Source of the DNA: a virus
Lineage: Duplodnaviria; Caudoviricetes
Length of the DNA: 36,010 bases
IMG/VR virus record: IMGVR_UViG_3300005805_000232
Span: 1 to 36,010 of that record
Reading direction: 5' to 3' (one strand)
Shown here: positions 1 through 9,871 of the stretch, one piece after another
Position numbering within the stretch: the first letter of the stretch is position 1
Layout of the letters: each line of letters starts with the position of its first letter
The notes under the pieces: model-generated
What the model saw: only the letters and a program-made list of their open reading frames with translations
Told to the model about the DNA's origin: nothing
Databases searched by the model: none
Made by a program: the position numbers and the translations under genes

Positions 1-11
1 GGTAAACGAAA

Positions 12-752
12 ATGAGATTAGGCGAAATACAACGAACCCCTACAGAAAAACCCGAGGCCGGCGCAGGTCAAAATGCGGAGAAAGGTATTCCTCGAGGTGT
101 AAAACCAGTTCCCGGAGCACCAGATTTAGGATACCTTTTAGCAGGCGGTCGAGGTCAGATTATGAGTATGTTTACTGGTGCAAGTTATGTGTTATCCTTG
201 TATGATCTTAAACGATCTGCTCCTATAGGTTGGTTAGCACTTCGTGATACTATTTTTCCATTGCCTAATTCTAAGCAGGTTGCAAATGCCATAATATACC
301 CCGAATATCGTGGCCAAGGACTTGGGCAAAGTTTATATGGCGTAGCAACTAAAGTTTTAGGCATGACCATTGTAGCCGACGATACACAAACACCTGAGGC
401 TCGTAGATTATGGGCCAATCTATACAACATTCCCGGAGTTAGTGTGCGTGGTTGGATAAACTTCTCGAGTTCAGATGTAGATCCTTCCAATGATCTTTTT
501 GGCAATGCTCAACCTAATCTAAGAAGAATAGCTAGATTGCAAGGTTTGCCCAAAGGACAAACCCCTCGCCCATTAGGTAAGTCCAGTAAACGTGACGATT
601 TTGTTTACTTTGATTTTCCCGTCCAGTCAGGTCCTGGTGGACAAGAATTACAGGCAGCAGAAAAACTTGCTGCCATATATACCAGCTATCATCCAGAAGA
701 TAATCGCAGAGATTATGATGTTGGACTCTACGCAAGGTGGACAGGACAATGA
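12..752 (+). CDS. GNAT-fold acetyltransferase-like protein
   Basis: Acetyl-CoA binding motif A (IYPEYRGQGLGQSLY) followed by QTPEARRLW; N-terminus MRLGEI. Confidence 0.65.
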   Translation: MRLGEIQRTPTEKPEAGAGQNAEKGIPRGVKPVPGAPDLGYLLAGGRGQIMSMFTGASYVLSLYDLKRSAPIGWLALRDTIFPLPNSKQVANAIIYPEYRGQGLGQSLYGVATKVLGMTIVADDTQTPEARRLWANLYNIPGVSVRGWINFSSSDVDPSNDLFGNAQPNLRRIARLQGLPKGQTPRPLGKSSKRDDFVYFDFPVQSGPGGQELQAAEKLAAIYTSYHPEDNRRDYDVGLYARWTGQ

Positions 753-1318
753 GAGCTAGGGAATTTATTACTGAACTCAAACTTCCAAAAAATAGTTGGG
801 TAGTGTTACTAACATCGGATGCTAAAGAAGAAGCTGGCACAGAATTAATAGACTTAGTACAACGTGCGTATTCAGCCACTTCACAGGGTAGTTTTGTTAA
901 TAGTATTAGGGATGTAATACCCAGTGACTGGAGTGTTATCGACTTTGATGATGATCCGGATATAGACGGTTGTGTTTTTTATAGATATCCAAGATCCGGT
1001 GAATTATGGCAAGGACAAAAAATACAAGGAATAGGACACGACGGAACAACTTTAAGTAAACAGAAAACTATACAGAAAACAGTAGAGTTATTATCTAAAC
1101 CAGGATATTGGATAGAAAGCAGCGATGCTATGCGAGCAGTGCTAAAGAAATTAAATGTACCTGCAGTAACTAATGTAGATATCTTAAAAAAATTATTTCG
1201 CGATCCAACCTTGAAAATGATATCTGATGATACATATATAAGGATTTTGCCGACAGGACGAACTATCACTGAAACTGTATTTGGAAATCCTGTAGTGATT
1301 GATGGAAAAGAAATATGA
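749..1318 (+). CDS. Hypothetical protein with capsid-targeting-like leader (MRAREFITE)
   Basis: ATG 749 overlaps the upstream TGA (ATGA) and has AGGTGG upstream, so it is preferred over the 737 start; no family recognised. Confidence 0.7.
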   Translation: MRAREFITELKLPKNSWVVLLTSDAKEEAGTELIDLVQRAYSATSQGSFVNSIRDVIPSDWSVIDFDDDPDIDGCVFYRYPRSGELWQGQKIQGIGHDGTTLSKQKTIQKTVELLSKPGYWIESSDAMRAVLKKLNVPAVTNVDILKKLFRDPTLKMISDDTYIRILPTGRTITETVFGNPVVIDGKEI

Positions 1319-3198
1319 GAGCACAAGAATTTGAATCATTAAAAAATTCTGGAGAAATTGAAGAAGCCCGCATGGGTGCTAGCGACTTCGACACAGCAGT
1401 TACACAGGGCACTGCAAAAGGAGTTTTAGTTGGTTTCGAATTCGAAGTTTTAGTTCCCAAGCAAACTGTTGATCAATTTAAACAATCCGCTGTAAAGAGT
1501 ATCACTGCAGAGCAAATTGCAAAGATAATGTATGAAAACGATGATTTCAATCAATTTGGTCTTGATGATCTTACCCCTAGTAGGTTTGATACTCTTTTTA
1601 AATTGAAAACTGATCAAGCCGGAAACGCAGCATATCCTAATGCTGTCACTGCGTTTGACGCTTATAAGCAACATACCTTAGATAAAGCTAAAACCATATT
1701 CAATGAAATTCCTGAAAAAGTAAGAGCAAAATTTATTCCTGATTTAAAAAATGAACTTGCTCGTGGATACACACGCAGAATGAATATAATTGACAAACAG
1801 ATACTATTTGCATATAGATTAGGCAGTTCGCTTTATTACAGTTCGGGAAAAGGTAAGATAGAAAAATTAGGGATACAATTAATGAGCACTGCCGAACCGT
1901 CATGGAAAAAATTATTTCAATTTTGGTTAAAAATGAATGACAAAGTAGTTGCAAAAAATCTTAATAATATTTTTGATTATGATCCGTCTGCAGTTTACAA
2001 AGAGTTGGACATGGGCAGAGATGACGATGACGAAGATGAATACCGAGAATATGATTATAAAGGTGCAGCAAGAGTTTTAGAACCTTCGGTAGCTAAATTT
2101 TTTAACAGTGAGGTGCATGTTTTTGGTAGTTATCATCAATCTAAAAAGAATCTTACTGATTGGTATATAGAACCAGATGGTAGCTTAAAACCAACAAACT
2201 TTGATGATGGAGCTGCAGAAATTGTTAGCCCACCTTTACCTGCAGTACAGGCATTAGATGCATTGAAAAACTTCTATGCAATGTCCCAACAGTTAAAATT
2301 GTATACTAATAATAGTACAGGTTTACATATTAATGTTAGTATTCCAGAACAAATAGATGTTTTAAAGTTAGCTTTATTCCTAGGCGATCAATATGTATTA
2401 CAGCAATTCGGACGCCAAAACAGTGAATACGCGAAAAGCAGTCAACGCAGTATTGAACAAGATGCTCCAGGACAAATTAGTAAAAAGGGTGAAATAAAAC
2501 TTAAAACTCTACAAAAAATTGCACAATCTGCGACCGGGCAACACACAGCCAGCATTAGTCGAAGTGGCAAATACATAAGTTTTAGACATGCAGGTGGCAA
2601 CTATCTGGCTGATTATGTAAAAATTGTTGCCACAGTGGGAAGATTCATTCGTGCAATGTTGATAGCAGCAGATCCAAATGCCTATGCTAACGAATACAAA
2701 ACTAAATTAGCTAAGATTATCCAAGAACCTAATGTTAGTTCTCAAGATTACATAATGAATATTCGCACAAATGGGTTGCCAATTTATACTATAAGTATAT
2801 GGAAATTAATGGGTTCTGTGCATGTGAGAACCATAGTTACATCATTGCAATTTCCATGGCAAAAATCAAATTTAAGTATGTATAGCATTCAAGATGTAGA
2901 GATGAATAGCGAGCAAGCAAAACAAAATCTACTTAATAATTTAAGAAATCCAAAATTAAAGGATAAGGCCACTCAAACTCCGGTTGATAAATTTATATTA
3001 ATTAATCTTGTTCCAAATAGTCATGAGGCTATTCAGGATATTATGAACACTGCCGAAAGAGGGGTACAAATTGCAGATAATAGAAGTTACAATGCTTTAG
3101 GTTATGCTTTAGTACGTAAAACCGTGTTACCTCCCAATCACCCTACAGTACAAAATACACTAAAGACAATTTTGCGTAATCAATTGGGAAAAAAATAA
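1315..3198 (+). CDS. Putative amidoligase (COOH-NH2 ligase type 2 / Amidoligase_2-like), copy 1
   Basis: Motifs GFEFE, WYIEPDGSL, EIVSPPL, TNNSTGLHINVS, ISFRHAGG. Confidence 0.75.
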   Translation: MRAQEFESLKNSGEIEEARMGASDFDTAVTQGTAKGVLVGFEFEVLVPKQTVDQFKQSAVKSITAEQIAKIMYENDDFNQFGLDDLTPSRFDTLFKLKTDQAGNAAYPNAVTAFDAYKQHTLDKAKTIFNEIPEKVRAKFIPDLKNELARGYTRRMNIIDKQILFAYRLGSSLYYSSGKGKIEKLGIQLMSTAEPSWKKLFQFWLKMNDKVVAKNLNNIFDYDPSAVYKELDMGRDDDDEDEYREYDYKGAARVLEPSVAKFFNSEVHVFGSYHQSKKNLTDWYIEPDGSLKPTNFDDGAAEIVSPPLPAVQALDALKNFYAMSQQLKLYTNNSTGLHINVSIPEQIDVLKLALFLGDQYVLQQFGRQNSEYAKSSQRSIEQDAPGQISKKGEIKLKTLQKIAQSATGQHTASISRSGKYISFRHAGGNYLADYVKIVATVGRFIRAMLIAADPNAYANEYKTKLAKIIQEPNVSSQDYIMNIRTNGLPIYTISIWKLMGSVHVRTIVTSLQFPWQKSNLSMYSIQDVEMNSEQAKQNLLNNLRNPKLKDKATQTPVDKFILINLVPNSHEAIQDIMNTAERGVQIADNRSYNALGYALVRKTVLPPNHPTVQNTLKTILRNQLGKK

Positions 3199-3272
3199 AA
3201 CAGATATAGTTTTTAAAAATTAAGATAACCCGGATTAGTAATTTGACGCTAAATTAGACAGGTACAAATTAA

Positions 3273-3278
3273 TAAATA
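3273..3278 (+). promoter_or_regulatory. T4-like late promoter core TAAATA
   Basis: TAAATA 7 nt before ATG 3286; no SD. Confidence 0.55.
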
Positions 3279-3285
3279 TATAATA

Positions 3286-6021
3286 ATGAAATTTAATGAA
3301 TTAAAAATAGAAAAATTAGACGAAGTAGTAATGAAGCCCTCTCGTCTGGCCCAAATGGCGGATAAAATAGATGCATTAATCGGTATAGAATATGAAATGG
3401 TTGTACCTGTATCAGGTAGTGTATTTGATGAACCTGAAATGCAACCGGACTACGATGATGATCCCGGAACTTACGATATACGGAACATAGCAGATTTTTT
3501 TAATGATGGTGATTTCAATAGCAGGAATGAAATTAGAAGACTAGAACAAGATCTGCAAACTGATTTCTTAGAATGGCGAGACGAACAATTTTATTCACGG
3601 TGGGATGCAGATCAGGCAGAATTTATTTATGATTATGTTGTAGAGAATCTATCTCCTGAAGAAATAGCAGATATTTTAGATTTAGATCTCGAAAAAGTAG
3701 ATGGATTTACTAAGGATCAAATTAATCAAGCAGTAGAGTTAATTATTTCAAATTCAGAATATTCAGGATATGTTGAAAGCGCACAAGAAGCAGCTAGAGA
3801 AAATTTTGATGAAAACGCAGACGAATCCGAATGGTTAGATGATAGAGGTTGGAATAATATGTCGGATATTGCTAATAATTTTTCTATTACCTGGCCTCAT
3901 TGGACGACGACTAATAGCGATAGCGAAGATGATCAAATAAAACTTATAGCAGATGAATTTAGCCAAGCAATTAAAAGACCAGTAAAAGTAAGCACAAGAT
4001 ATCATGGAACTAGTAGAGAACCTGGAAAATATACAATAGAACCAGACTCTAGTATTGATGCAGTCGACGGTGAAAGTATAGGATTGGAATTTATAAGTCC
4101 ACCCTTGTCAATTAAAGATACTATAACGGATTTAGAAAAAATTAAAGTGTGGGCTAAAAATACAGGAGCCTACACAAATAAATCAACTGGTCTACACATG
4201 AATGTTAGTATACCAAATTATTCTGTACTCCAATTAGATTTTGTAAAATTAGCACTATTAATAGGTGATCAATATGTACTAGAACAGTTTGGTAGATTAG
4301 CTAATACATATTGTCAGAGTGCAGTAGAAAAAATTAAAACAAATATAAAAAGTAAAGGATTAGAAAATAGTGAACAAGTATTGCAATCATTTAAATCTGG
4401 ACTAGCTAATTTAGCCAGTAGAGTAATTCAAGATACACAAGTAGGAAAATATACAAGTATAAATCCCCAAAGTAATAGAGTTGAATTCCGCAGTCCAGGT
4501 GGCGATTATTTAGAAGAAGATCCTAAAACCTTAATTAACACCTTGCGTAGATTTATTGTAGGACTTGATGCTGCAATGGATCCCACCAAGTTTAAAGAAG
4601 ATTATTACAAAAAGTTTTATAAATTAGTTAAACCTTCTTTAGAACAAGATAATGAATTACAAAAAGTTTTAAGTCTATATGTATCTGGTGATAAAGAACA
4701 AGCACTAACAAAAGCAAAAACATTACGAGTTCAGAAACAGGCTAAACGAGGGTTGGTGCCTGGGCAAAAATATGAATGGGAAGTAATGAAGATCGCTGAC
4801 AAAGGTAGGAATAGTTACTACAGTGTTCGTGTAATTGCAACTACCGAAAAGGAAGCTATCAGTAAAGGTATGGCAGCTGGAGGTATACCGTTTAATAATA
4901 TAGATCCAGCTCAACTTATGGCAATACCAATCAGTAAAGCTGAAACAGATACTACTTCAAAAGACAAACCTACTACAGCAACATTAAATGATCGTCCTAG
5001 TAATCCCGATGGCAGCTGGGTAATCATTGATGCAGATACCGACGAAGTAGCATACAGATTTATGGCTGCTAACGTTACTGATGCTGCTAGTGTATTGGGT
5101 CAATGGCGTGCACAAAATGCAGGACGAAATTGGACTATAGATTATGACCCAGAAGCGCAAAGAGGCCAACCTAGACAGGCACAAACAGCTGAACCCATTG
5201 GCAGAGTCCATGTTGCCGGTCCATCACAACCGGCTTGGCGGGCTCCAAGAGCAGGTGAACCACAAGGACAAGAAACAATTGAACGATTATTAGGTATGGC
5301 TGATCAAACCGCAGATGCCAATTATGAAATAGTACGTCGTGATAATTACCGGCCTGTATTTTTGTTCATCGCCAATACTCCACAAGACGCATCCAGAGTA
5401 CTAGAACGTTATTTAGAAGTATTAGGTTTAGATCAAGACAGTGAAGATTTTGGATTTAGAGAACGTGCTCTTCCAGGTTCGACTTTAGATTTACAAAGAC
5501 AAAGAGTAGCTCGACAAGCGGCCCAAACAGCAGCTGATCAGAGACAATGGTCTATTGTAAATTACCGCACCAGAGAAGAAATAGAGCGATATCAGGGAAC
5601 ACGCGACGAAGCATTTGATTATGCTATTGATCGTTATGGCAGTAATCAACACATTGACGTTGTTCCAGCTTCAGATAACCAGACCGATCAGTCTACGCAA
5701 GAACGCAGCGTTCAATGGCGCATTCTTGTTGCCGGCGAAGAAGTGCATAGATTCTGGAATCGTGCTAATCAAGGCGAAGCCAATACAGCGGCTAGCCAAT
5801 GGGTACGAGATCAAATAAGACGTGGATTGTTGAGCCCAGCAGAAGGTGCCGATGTCGAAGTAGTACCAGTTACAACAAATGAATCTGTTACAGATCTCAA
5901 GGAAACTGTGGCATTATTAAAAGAAAAATGGAGTAGTAAATATAAACGTTCCATAAACTGTGCAGCTCCAAAAGGATTTAGTCAACGGGCCCACTGTCAA
6001 GGCAGAAAAAAACATAAGTAA
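3286..6021 (+). CDS. Putative amidoligase, copy 2, with long repeat-containing C-terminal extension
   Basis: Motifs GIEYE, YTIEPDSSI, LEFISPPL, TNKSTGLHMNVS, VEFRSPGGDY; acidic insertion; basic Cys/His C-terminal peptide. Confidence 0.8.
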   Translation: MKFNELKIEKLDEVVMKPSRLAQMADKIDALIGIEYEMVVPVSGSVFDEPEMQPDYDDDPGTYDIRNIADFFNDGDFNSRNEIRRLEQDLQTDFLEWRDEQFYSRWDADQAEFIYDYVVENLSPEEIADILDLDLEKVDGFTKDQINQAVELIISNSEYSGYVESAQEAARENFDENADESEWLDDRGWNNMSDIANNFSITWPHWTTTNSDSEDDQIKLIADEFSQAIKRPVKVSTRYHGTSREPGKYTIEPDSSIDAVDGESIGLEFISPPLSIKDTITDLEKIKVWAKNTGAYTNKSTGLHMNVSIPNYSVLQLDFVKLALLIGDQYVLEQFGRLANTYCQSAVEKIKTNIKSKGLENSEQVLQSFKSGLANLASRVIQDTQVGKYTSINPQSNRVEFRSPGGDYLEEDPKTLINTLRRFIVGLDAAMDPTKFKEDYYKKFYKLVKPSLEQDNELQKVLSLYVSGDKEQALTKAKTLRVQKQAKRGLVPGQKYEWEVMKIADKGRNSYYSVRVIATTEKEAISKGMAAGGIPFNNIDPAQLMAIPISKAETDTTSKDKPTTATLNDRPSNPDGSWVIIDADTDEVAYRFMAANVTDAASVLGQWRAQNAGRNWTIDYDPEAQRGQPRQAQTAEPIGRVHVAGPSQPAWRAPRAGEPQGQETIERLLGMADQTADANYEIVRRDNYRPVFLFIANTPQDASRVLERYLEVLGLDQDSEDFGFRERALPGSTLDLQRQRVARQAAQTAADQRQWSIVNYRTREEIERYQGTRDEAFDYAIDRYGSNQHIDVVPASDNQTDQSTQERSVQWRILVAGEEVHRFWNRANQGEANTAASQWVRDQIRRGLLSPAEGADVEVVPVTTNESVTDLKETVALLKEKWSSKYKRSINCAAPKGFSQRAHCQGRKKHK

Positions 6022-6040
6022 CATATAACGGAATACAGTT

Positions 6041-6601
6041 ATGAAAACCAAGGAAATTATAAATGAGGGTATGAGTTTTCATGCAGTAAAACAGGAAGAT
6101 CATCCTAAATTTGGCAAGGTATGGTCATCTAAAGCATTTGAAATTAATCAGATGGTACGATGTTGGCTTTGTCATGGAAAAGGCAAAGATCAAGAGGGCA
6201 ATCAATGTGATGTTTGCGATGGTAAAAAATTCATAAAAGAACCTAAATCAAGAGGGCCTGAACTAAATGTTTCTAATAGTAATGGATATCTTATTCAAAA
6301 AATGTTAGGATTAGAACCAGACTATTCGGGTATAATTACACATGACAAATTACCAACAATAATGCAGCAACTGATAAGATTAAAAAATTCAAATCAATCA
6401 CAATATGTTCAAGATCCAACGACATCACAACCTAAAATGAGAGTATCTAAAGATCCAGAAACAGGTTTGACTAAAATTGGAAAAGGACCTACAATGATAG
6501 ATATGGGCGTAAGTGAAAATCAAATAGCTCGATATATTGATACTCTAATAGATTTGGTAAAATTTGCACAACAGAATGATGCTAGTATTGGTTGGAGTTA
6601 A
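6041..6601 (+). CDS. Protein with DnaJ-type zinc-finger motifs
   Basis: CWLCHGKG and CDVCDGKK; leader MKTKEIINE. Confidence 0.65.
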   Translation: MKTKEIINEGMSFHAVKQEDHPKFGKVWSSKAFEINQMVRCWLCHGKGKDQEGNQCDVCDGKKFIKEPKSRGPELNVSNSNGYLIQKMLGLEPDYSGIITHDKLPTIMQQLIRLKNSNQSQYVQDPTTSQPKMRVSKDPETGLTKIGKGPTMIDMGVSENQIARYIDTLIDLVKFAQQNDASIGWS

Positions 6602-6619
6602 CTTAAAAGTGAGATCATT

Positions 6620-6937
6620 ATGAGACTGAAAGAAATTGTAAAAGAAAACATAGATGCAGACATTTTAAAAAATGTAGATCAAGGATATTATGCCGTTATG
6701 AACAATGATATTGAAAAAATTTCTACAAACGCATATGATCAATATCTAGAGAATATATCAGCCTATCCCAATTTAGTTCTATACAGAATAGATAGTTTTG
6801 GAAATAATCAGCAAAGAAATATAAAAGTTGATGATAAAGATTTTACTCACTACATTGAATTAGCACGTGCCAAAGAAAAATGGAGAATCGTTCGACATAA
6901 TATAGATCAACAACAGAATCAAAAATTATTGAAATAA
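6620..6937 (+). CDS. Hypothetical protein (leader MRLKEIVKE)
   Basis: 105-aa ORF in operon with GAG upstream; shares the leader motif. Confidence 0.7.
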   Translation: MRLKEIVKENIDADILKNVDQGYYAVMNNDIEKISTNAYDQYLENISAYPNLVLYRIDSFGNNQQRNIKVDDKDFTHYIELARAKEKWRIVRHNIDQQQNQKLLK

Positions 6938-6940
6938 ATA
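6935..6940 (+). promoter_or_regulatory. Late promoter core TAAATA
   Basis: TAAATA 4 nt before ATG 6945. Confidence 0.5.
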
Positions 6941-6944
6941 TACG

Positions 6945-8489
6945 ATGCGTAATTTTATTAATGTTGTCCATGATTTAGTTTTTGAAAGTAGAGGACTCGG
7001 AGCACGTAGATCTGGAGAAGAATTTGTAAATAATTCTAATCCCGAAGACAAAATCTATGTAGATCGAGTTACATTTTATCCTATTGGAAAAACTGAATAT
7101 TCCAGTTACGAAGAAATGGTAAATGAATTACAATCTATTGTGACTAGCTACAAAGGAAATATTAATCTTATTAAGAAATTTATGCCCACTGACAGAGCTT
7201 TTGGAATAGCAGAATTTCTAAGAGCCGATGGACAAGATAAATTAGCTTGGGTAAAACCCTATAAAATTATAAAGTTAGATCCAACCCAAAATGACTGGAA
7301 TAATCAAACTGGTATTCCTGGTTATAGATATAACAGTCGAGCAGCAGCTAAAACACAGGCAGGCTTAACTCCACAGGATATTCTCAGTCAACCAAGCAAC
7401 TTAAACAAACAGGATATTATTAATCAAATAGCAGCTAAATTTGGCAATGAAAATAGTTTAACAAAATTAGCACAAGCAATAGCCAGAGGACAAAAATTTC
7501 CTATTACAATAGATGCACCTGCAGATATCGAATTTACTGCGTTCAGAGATTATTTTTGTGAATTACTTCATCCCATTGCTTTACAAACAGGACAATATAA
7601 AGGCAATGCAGGAGATGCAGCAGCACGATTCCTTGGTCAGGGCGGCTTTGCGGCTTGTAGTATTAACTTTGGAGTAGATAAAACAGAAGGGCTTAGTGAT
7701 AGTATAATGATAAGCCCCGATGGTCGAAAAATAAAAGTTAGCAGTAAAGGAGCACAGGGCGCAGAAGCAAGTGCAAAAAATCTATTAGATAGTATAAATG
7801 AATTAAAAAATTCTAATCCAAAATTAGCAAAAAAACATGAAAACATTATACGTATAATCGATAAAGTAGTCAAAGGTGGGCAGGCAGGAGCACCGTTATT
7901 GCTGGGAGAAGACTATAATATTATCGATTCGGATGATGCAGCAAAAATTAGATCATTTAAAAGTATGGCACCGATAAATTTAGATAGATTAGATAGTCTA
8001 AATTTAAGTCCTAAATTAGCTAAACTTATACGCGAACGCACAACTAAAAATACTGCTAGTGTAAATCTTTATTTTCATAGTATGGCGGCAGTGGCACATA
8101 AAGTGGCAGAGCACATAAATGATAGTACTAATTTTAGTCAAGCTGCTAGTGAAATTCTTAATAATGCTGCATTAGTTCAGGTATATACTTCTGCAACGGA
8201 ATCGGGTGCGAAATGGACACTAACACAATTTGATACTAAATGGCCCAGCGGAACAACCACGGGAGTAAAATTTAGTGCTAGTAAAACCTATTATAGCACT
8301 GATATAAAAGGAAATTTTACATTTAAAATCCTACGTAATGGTGCTATCGATATTAAAGACGAAACAGATCAACTCGCTGATGTAACCGCTAACAGAGCCG
8401 ATGATAGACAGTCAGAACCAGTTGATCTACGTCCCACTGCAGTACAAATAAAAACTAAAACTAGTAAAGTTGGAAGGGAAAAAAGATAA
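6945..8489 (+). CDS. Hypothetical protein, possible PD-(D/E)xK nuclease-like fold
   Basis: 514-aa ORF; DYFCELL ... GLSDSIMISPDGRKIKVSSKG resembles the E / D / xSxK layout of restriction-like nucleases; function tentative. Confidence 0.45.
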   Translation: MRNFINVVHDLVFESRGLGARRSGEEFVNNSNPEDKIYVDRVTFYPIGKTEYSSYEEMVNELQSIVTSYKGNINLIKKFMPTDRAFGIAEFLRADGQDKLAWVKPYKIIKLDPTQNDWNNQTGIPGYRYNSRAAAKTQAGLTPQDILSQPSNLNKQDIINQIAAKFGNENSLTKLAQAIARGQKFPITIDAPADIEFTAFRDYFCELLHPIALQTGQYKGNAGDAAARFLGQGGFAACSINFGVDKTEGLSDSIMISPDGRKIKVSSKGAQGAEASAKNLLDSINELKNSNPKLAKKHENIIRIIDKVVKGGQAGAPLLLGEDYNIIDSDDAAKIRSFKSMAPINLDRLDSLNLSPKLAKLIRERTTKNTASVNLYFHSMAAVAHKVAEHINDSTNFSQAASEILNNAALVQVYTSATESGAKWTLTQFDTKWPSGTTTGVKFSASKTYYSTDIKGNFTFKILRNGAIDIKDETDQLADVTANRADDRQSEPVDLRPTAVQIKTKTSKVGREKR

Positions 8490-8560
8490 TGTTCTTGGAT
8501 ATTTTTATATATTTTACTCTTTTTACTATTTTTTATCCTTTTTCATTAATTGGTTAACTG

Positions 8561-9079
8561 CTACCATTTTCCTGCTTTTGCCCCTGTATCATAAAACCAT
8601 ATGGCTAATTTTATGCCTACAGTTACTACTAATACTAAAAGTGAATACCAAAATACTGCTTCTATAAAATTCTTTCGTCTTTTTGCTTGATCACGAATCA
8701 TTCTTTCTCTTTTTTCTCTCACTTCTCTGCGTATCTGATTAAATTGACTGTATCCTTCCATACCTAGGTGTTGAAGTTCACCGTAGATAAACATAAGACG
8801 TATTTCTTCTTCCATTTCCCGTAATCGCATCTGTGCAGCAAATATATCAAATGCCTCCGATGTTTCGCTCTGTTTAAATCCTATTTTTTCAAATAGTCCT
8901 AATTTACGCTGACCTTGATCTCCCCTGTTATTGTTAATTAACTCTTGTAGTTGTCCTGCGGCATCTGCCCATTTAGTTAATTGTTGAAATACACCTTCGA
9001 CTTCTTTTCCAATGGCCACAGCATTTTTAATGCCATTGAATGCAGCAGATGCAGCAGCTAATAATGTAACAGGATCCAT
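8561..9079 (-). CDS. Helical protein with C-terminal transmembrane segment
   Basis: MDPVTLLAAASAAF start, charged helical middle, hydrophobic VFWYSLLVLVVTVGIKLAIWF. Confidence 0.75.
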   Translation of the reverse strand: MDPVTLLAAASAAFNGIKNAVAIGKEVEGVFQQLTKWADAAGQLQELINNNRGDQGQRKLGLFEKIGFKQSETSEAFDIFAAQMRLREMEEEIRLMFIYGELQHLGMEGYSQFNQIRREVREKRERMIRDQAKRRKNFIEAVFWYSLLVLVVTVGIKLAIWFYDTGAKAGKW

Positions 9080-9213
9080 TAGTTGGCTTCTTCTTTTGCT
9101 TCATTGATTACCACTGTGCTATCAATTGCCTTTTGTATTTTGCCTGCTGTCCACCATCCAAATGAAGTACAAAACCCCAAAACAAAGGCCATTGTATAAA
9201 TGCTAGATAACAT
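9079..9213 (-). CDS. 44-aa small membrane protein (not in ORF track)
   Basis: MLSSIYTMAFVLGFCTSFGWWTAGKIQKAIDSTVVINEAKEEAN; fills the gap exactly and its TAA overlaps the next ATG (TAATG). Confidence 0.7.
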   Translation of the reverse strand: MLSSIYTMAFVLGFCTSFGWWTAGKIQKAIDSTVVINEAKEEAN

Positions 9214-9215
9214 AA

Positions 9216-9845
9216 TTAGTTTGCTAATGGGTTATCTAAAGCTTTCTTAATCTTATCGTCTACTTCTCTCCGAATAGTTCTTAGCTCTGCAGAAGTTTCA
9301 CGTTCTATACGATTAACTCTTTCGTTAACATTTTGAACAGTTGAATCTACCTGTTTTTGCATTTCTCTTACTTGCGAATCAGTGTTTTTGCGAATCTCTT
9401 TTATTTCCGCGTCAAGTTGTTTTCGAATATCTGCAATATCCTTTTCTACCTCGCGTTGTGAAATTTTGCCACTGCGTTCAACATTTTCTAATACAGTTTC
9501 ATTTCTACGTATATCACTTTTGAGATTCGTATTAATGTCTCTGGTATAACCCACTACTTTTTCGCTATTTTCCTCTAATTTTATAATACGTAGTTCATAT
9601 TCGCTGAAATCTGGACTTACATATTCAGCAATACGTTTTTTCATACTCATATAGTCTTTATATGCTTCAAAAACTCCATAGAGACCTCCAATAGTTGAAC
9701 TAACTATTCCTGCAGCAATCATCAATTTTGCAGGAGTAAAACTATAGCCGCCGATACTGATTACAGTATCTTTACTGGCATATTGTTTCATAGCATCCTG
9801 TAGTTGATCTACTTTTTTATCAATATTTTTGTCTTCCGTACTCAT
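9216..9845 (-). CDS. Membrane-anchored coiled-coil protein
   Basis: AGGAGA SD; hydrophobic LMIAAGIVSSTIGGLYGVF, then long heptad-rich region ending KALDNPLAN. Confidence 0.75.
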   Translation of the reverse strand: MSTEDKNIDKKVDQLQDAMKQYASKDTVISIGGYSFTPAKLMIAAGIVSSTIGGLYGVFEAYKDYMSMKKRIAEYVSPDFSEYELRIIKLEENSEKVVGYTRDINTNLKSDIRRNETVLENVERSGKISQREVEKDIADIRKQLDAEIKEIRKNTDSQVREMQKQVDSTVQNVNERVNRIERETSAELRTIRREVDDKIKKALDNPLAN

Positions 9846-9871
9846 TATAAAATCTCCTATTATTTTTATTT

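Noticed and set aside
6041-6601. DnaJ chaperone
   Set aside because: Only two CxxCxG motifs; no J-domain HPD motif in a helical J context
8490-8560. T-rich tract between convergent genes as a terminator
   Set aside because: No GC stem found
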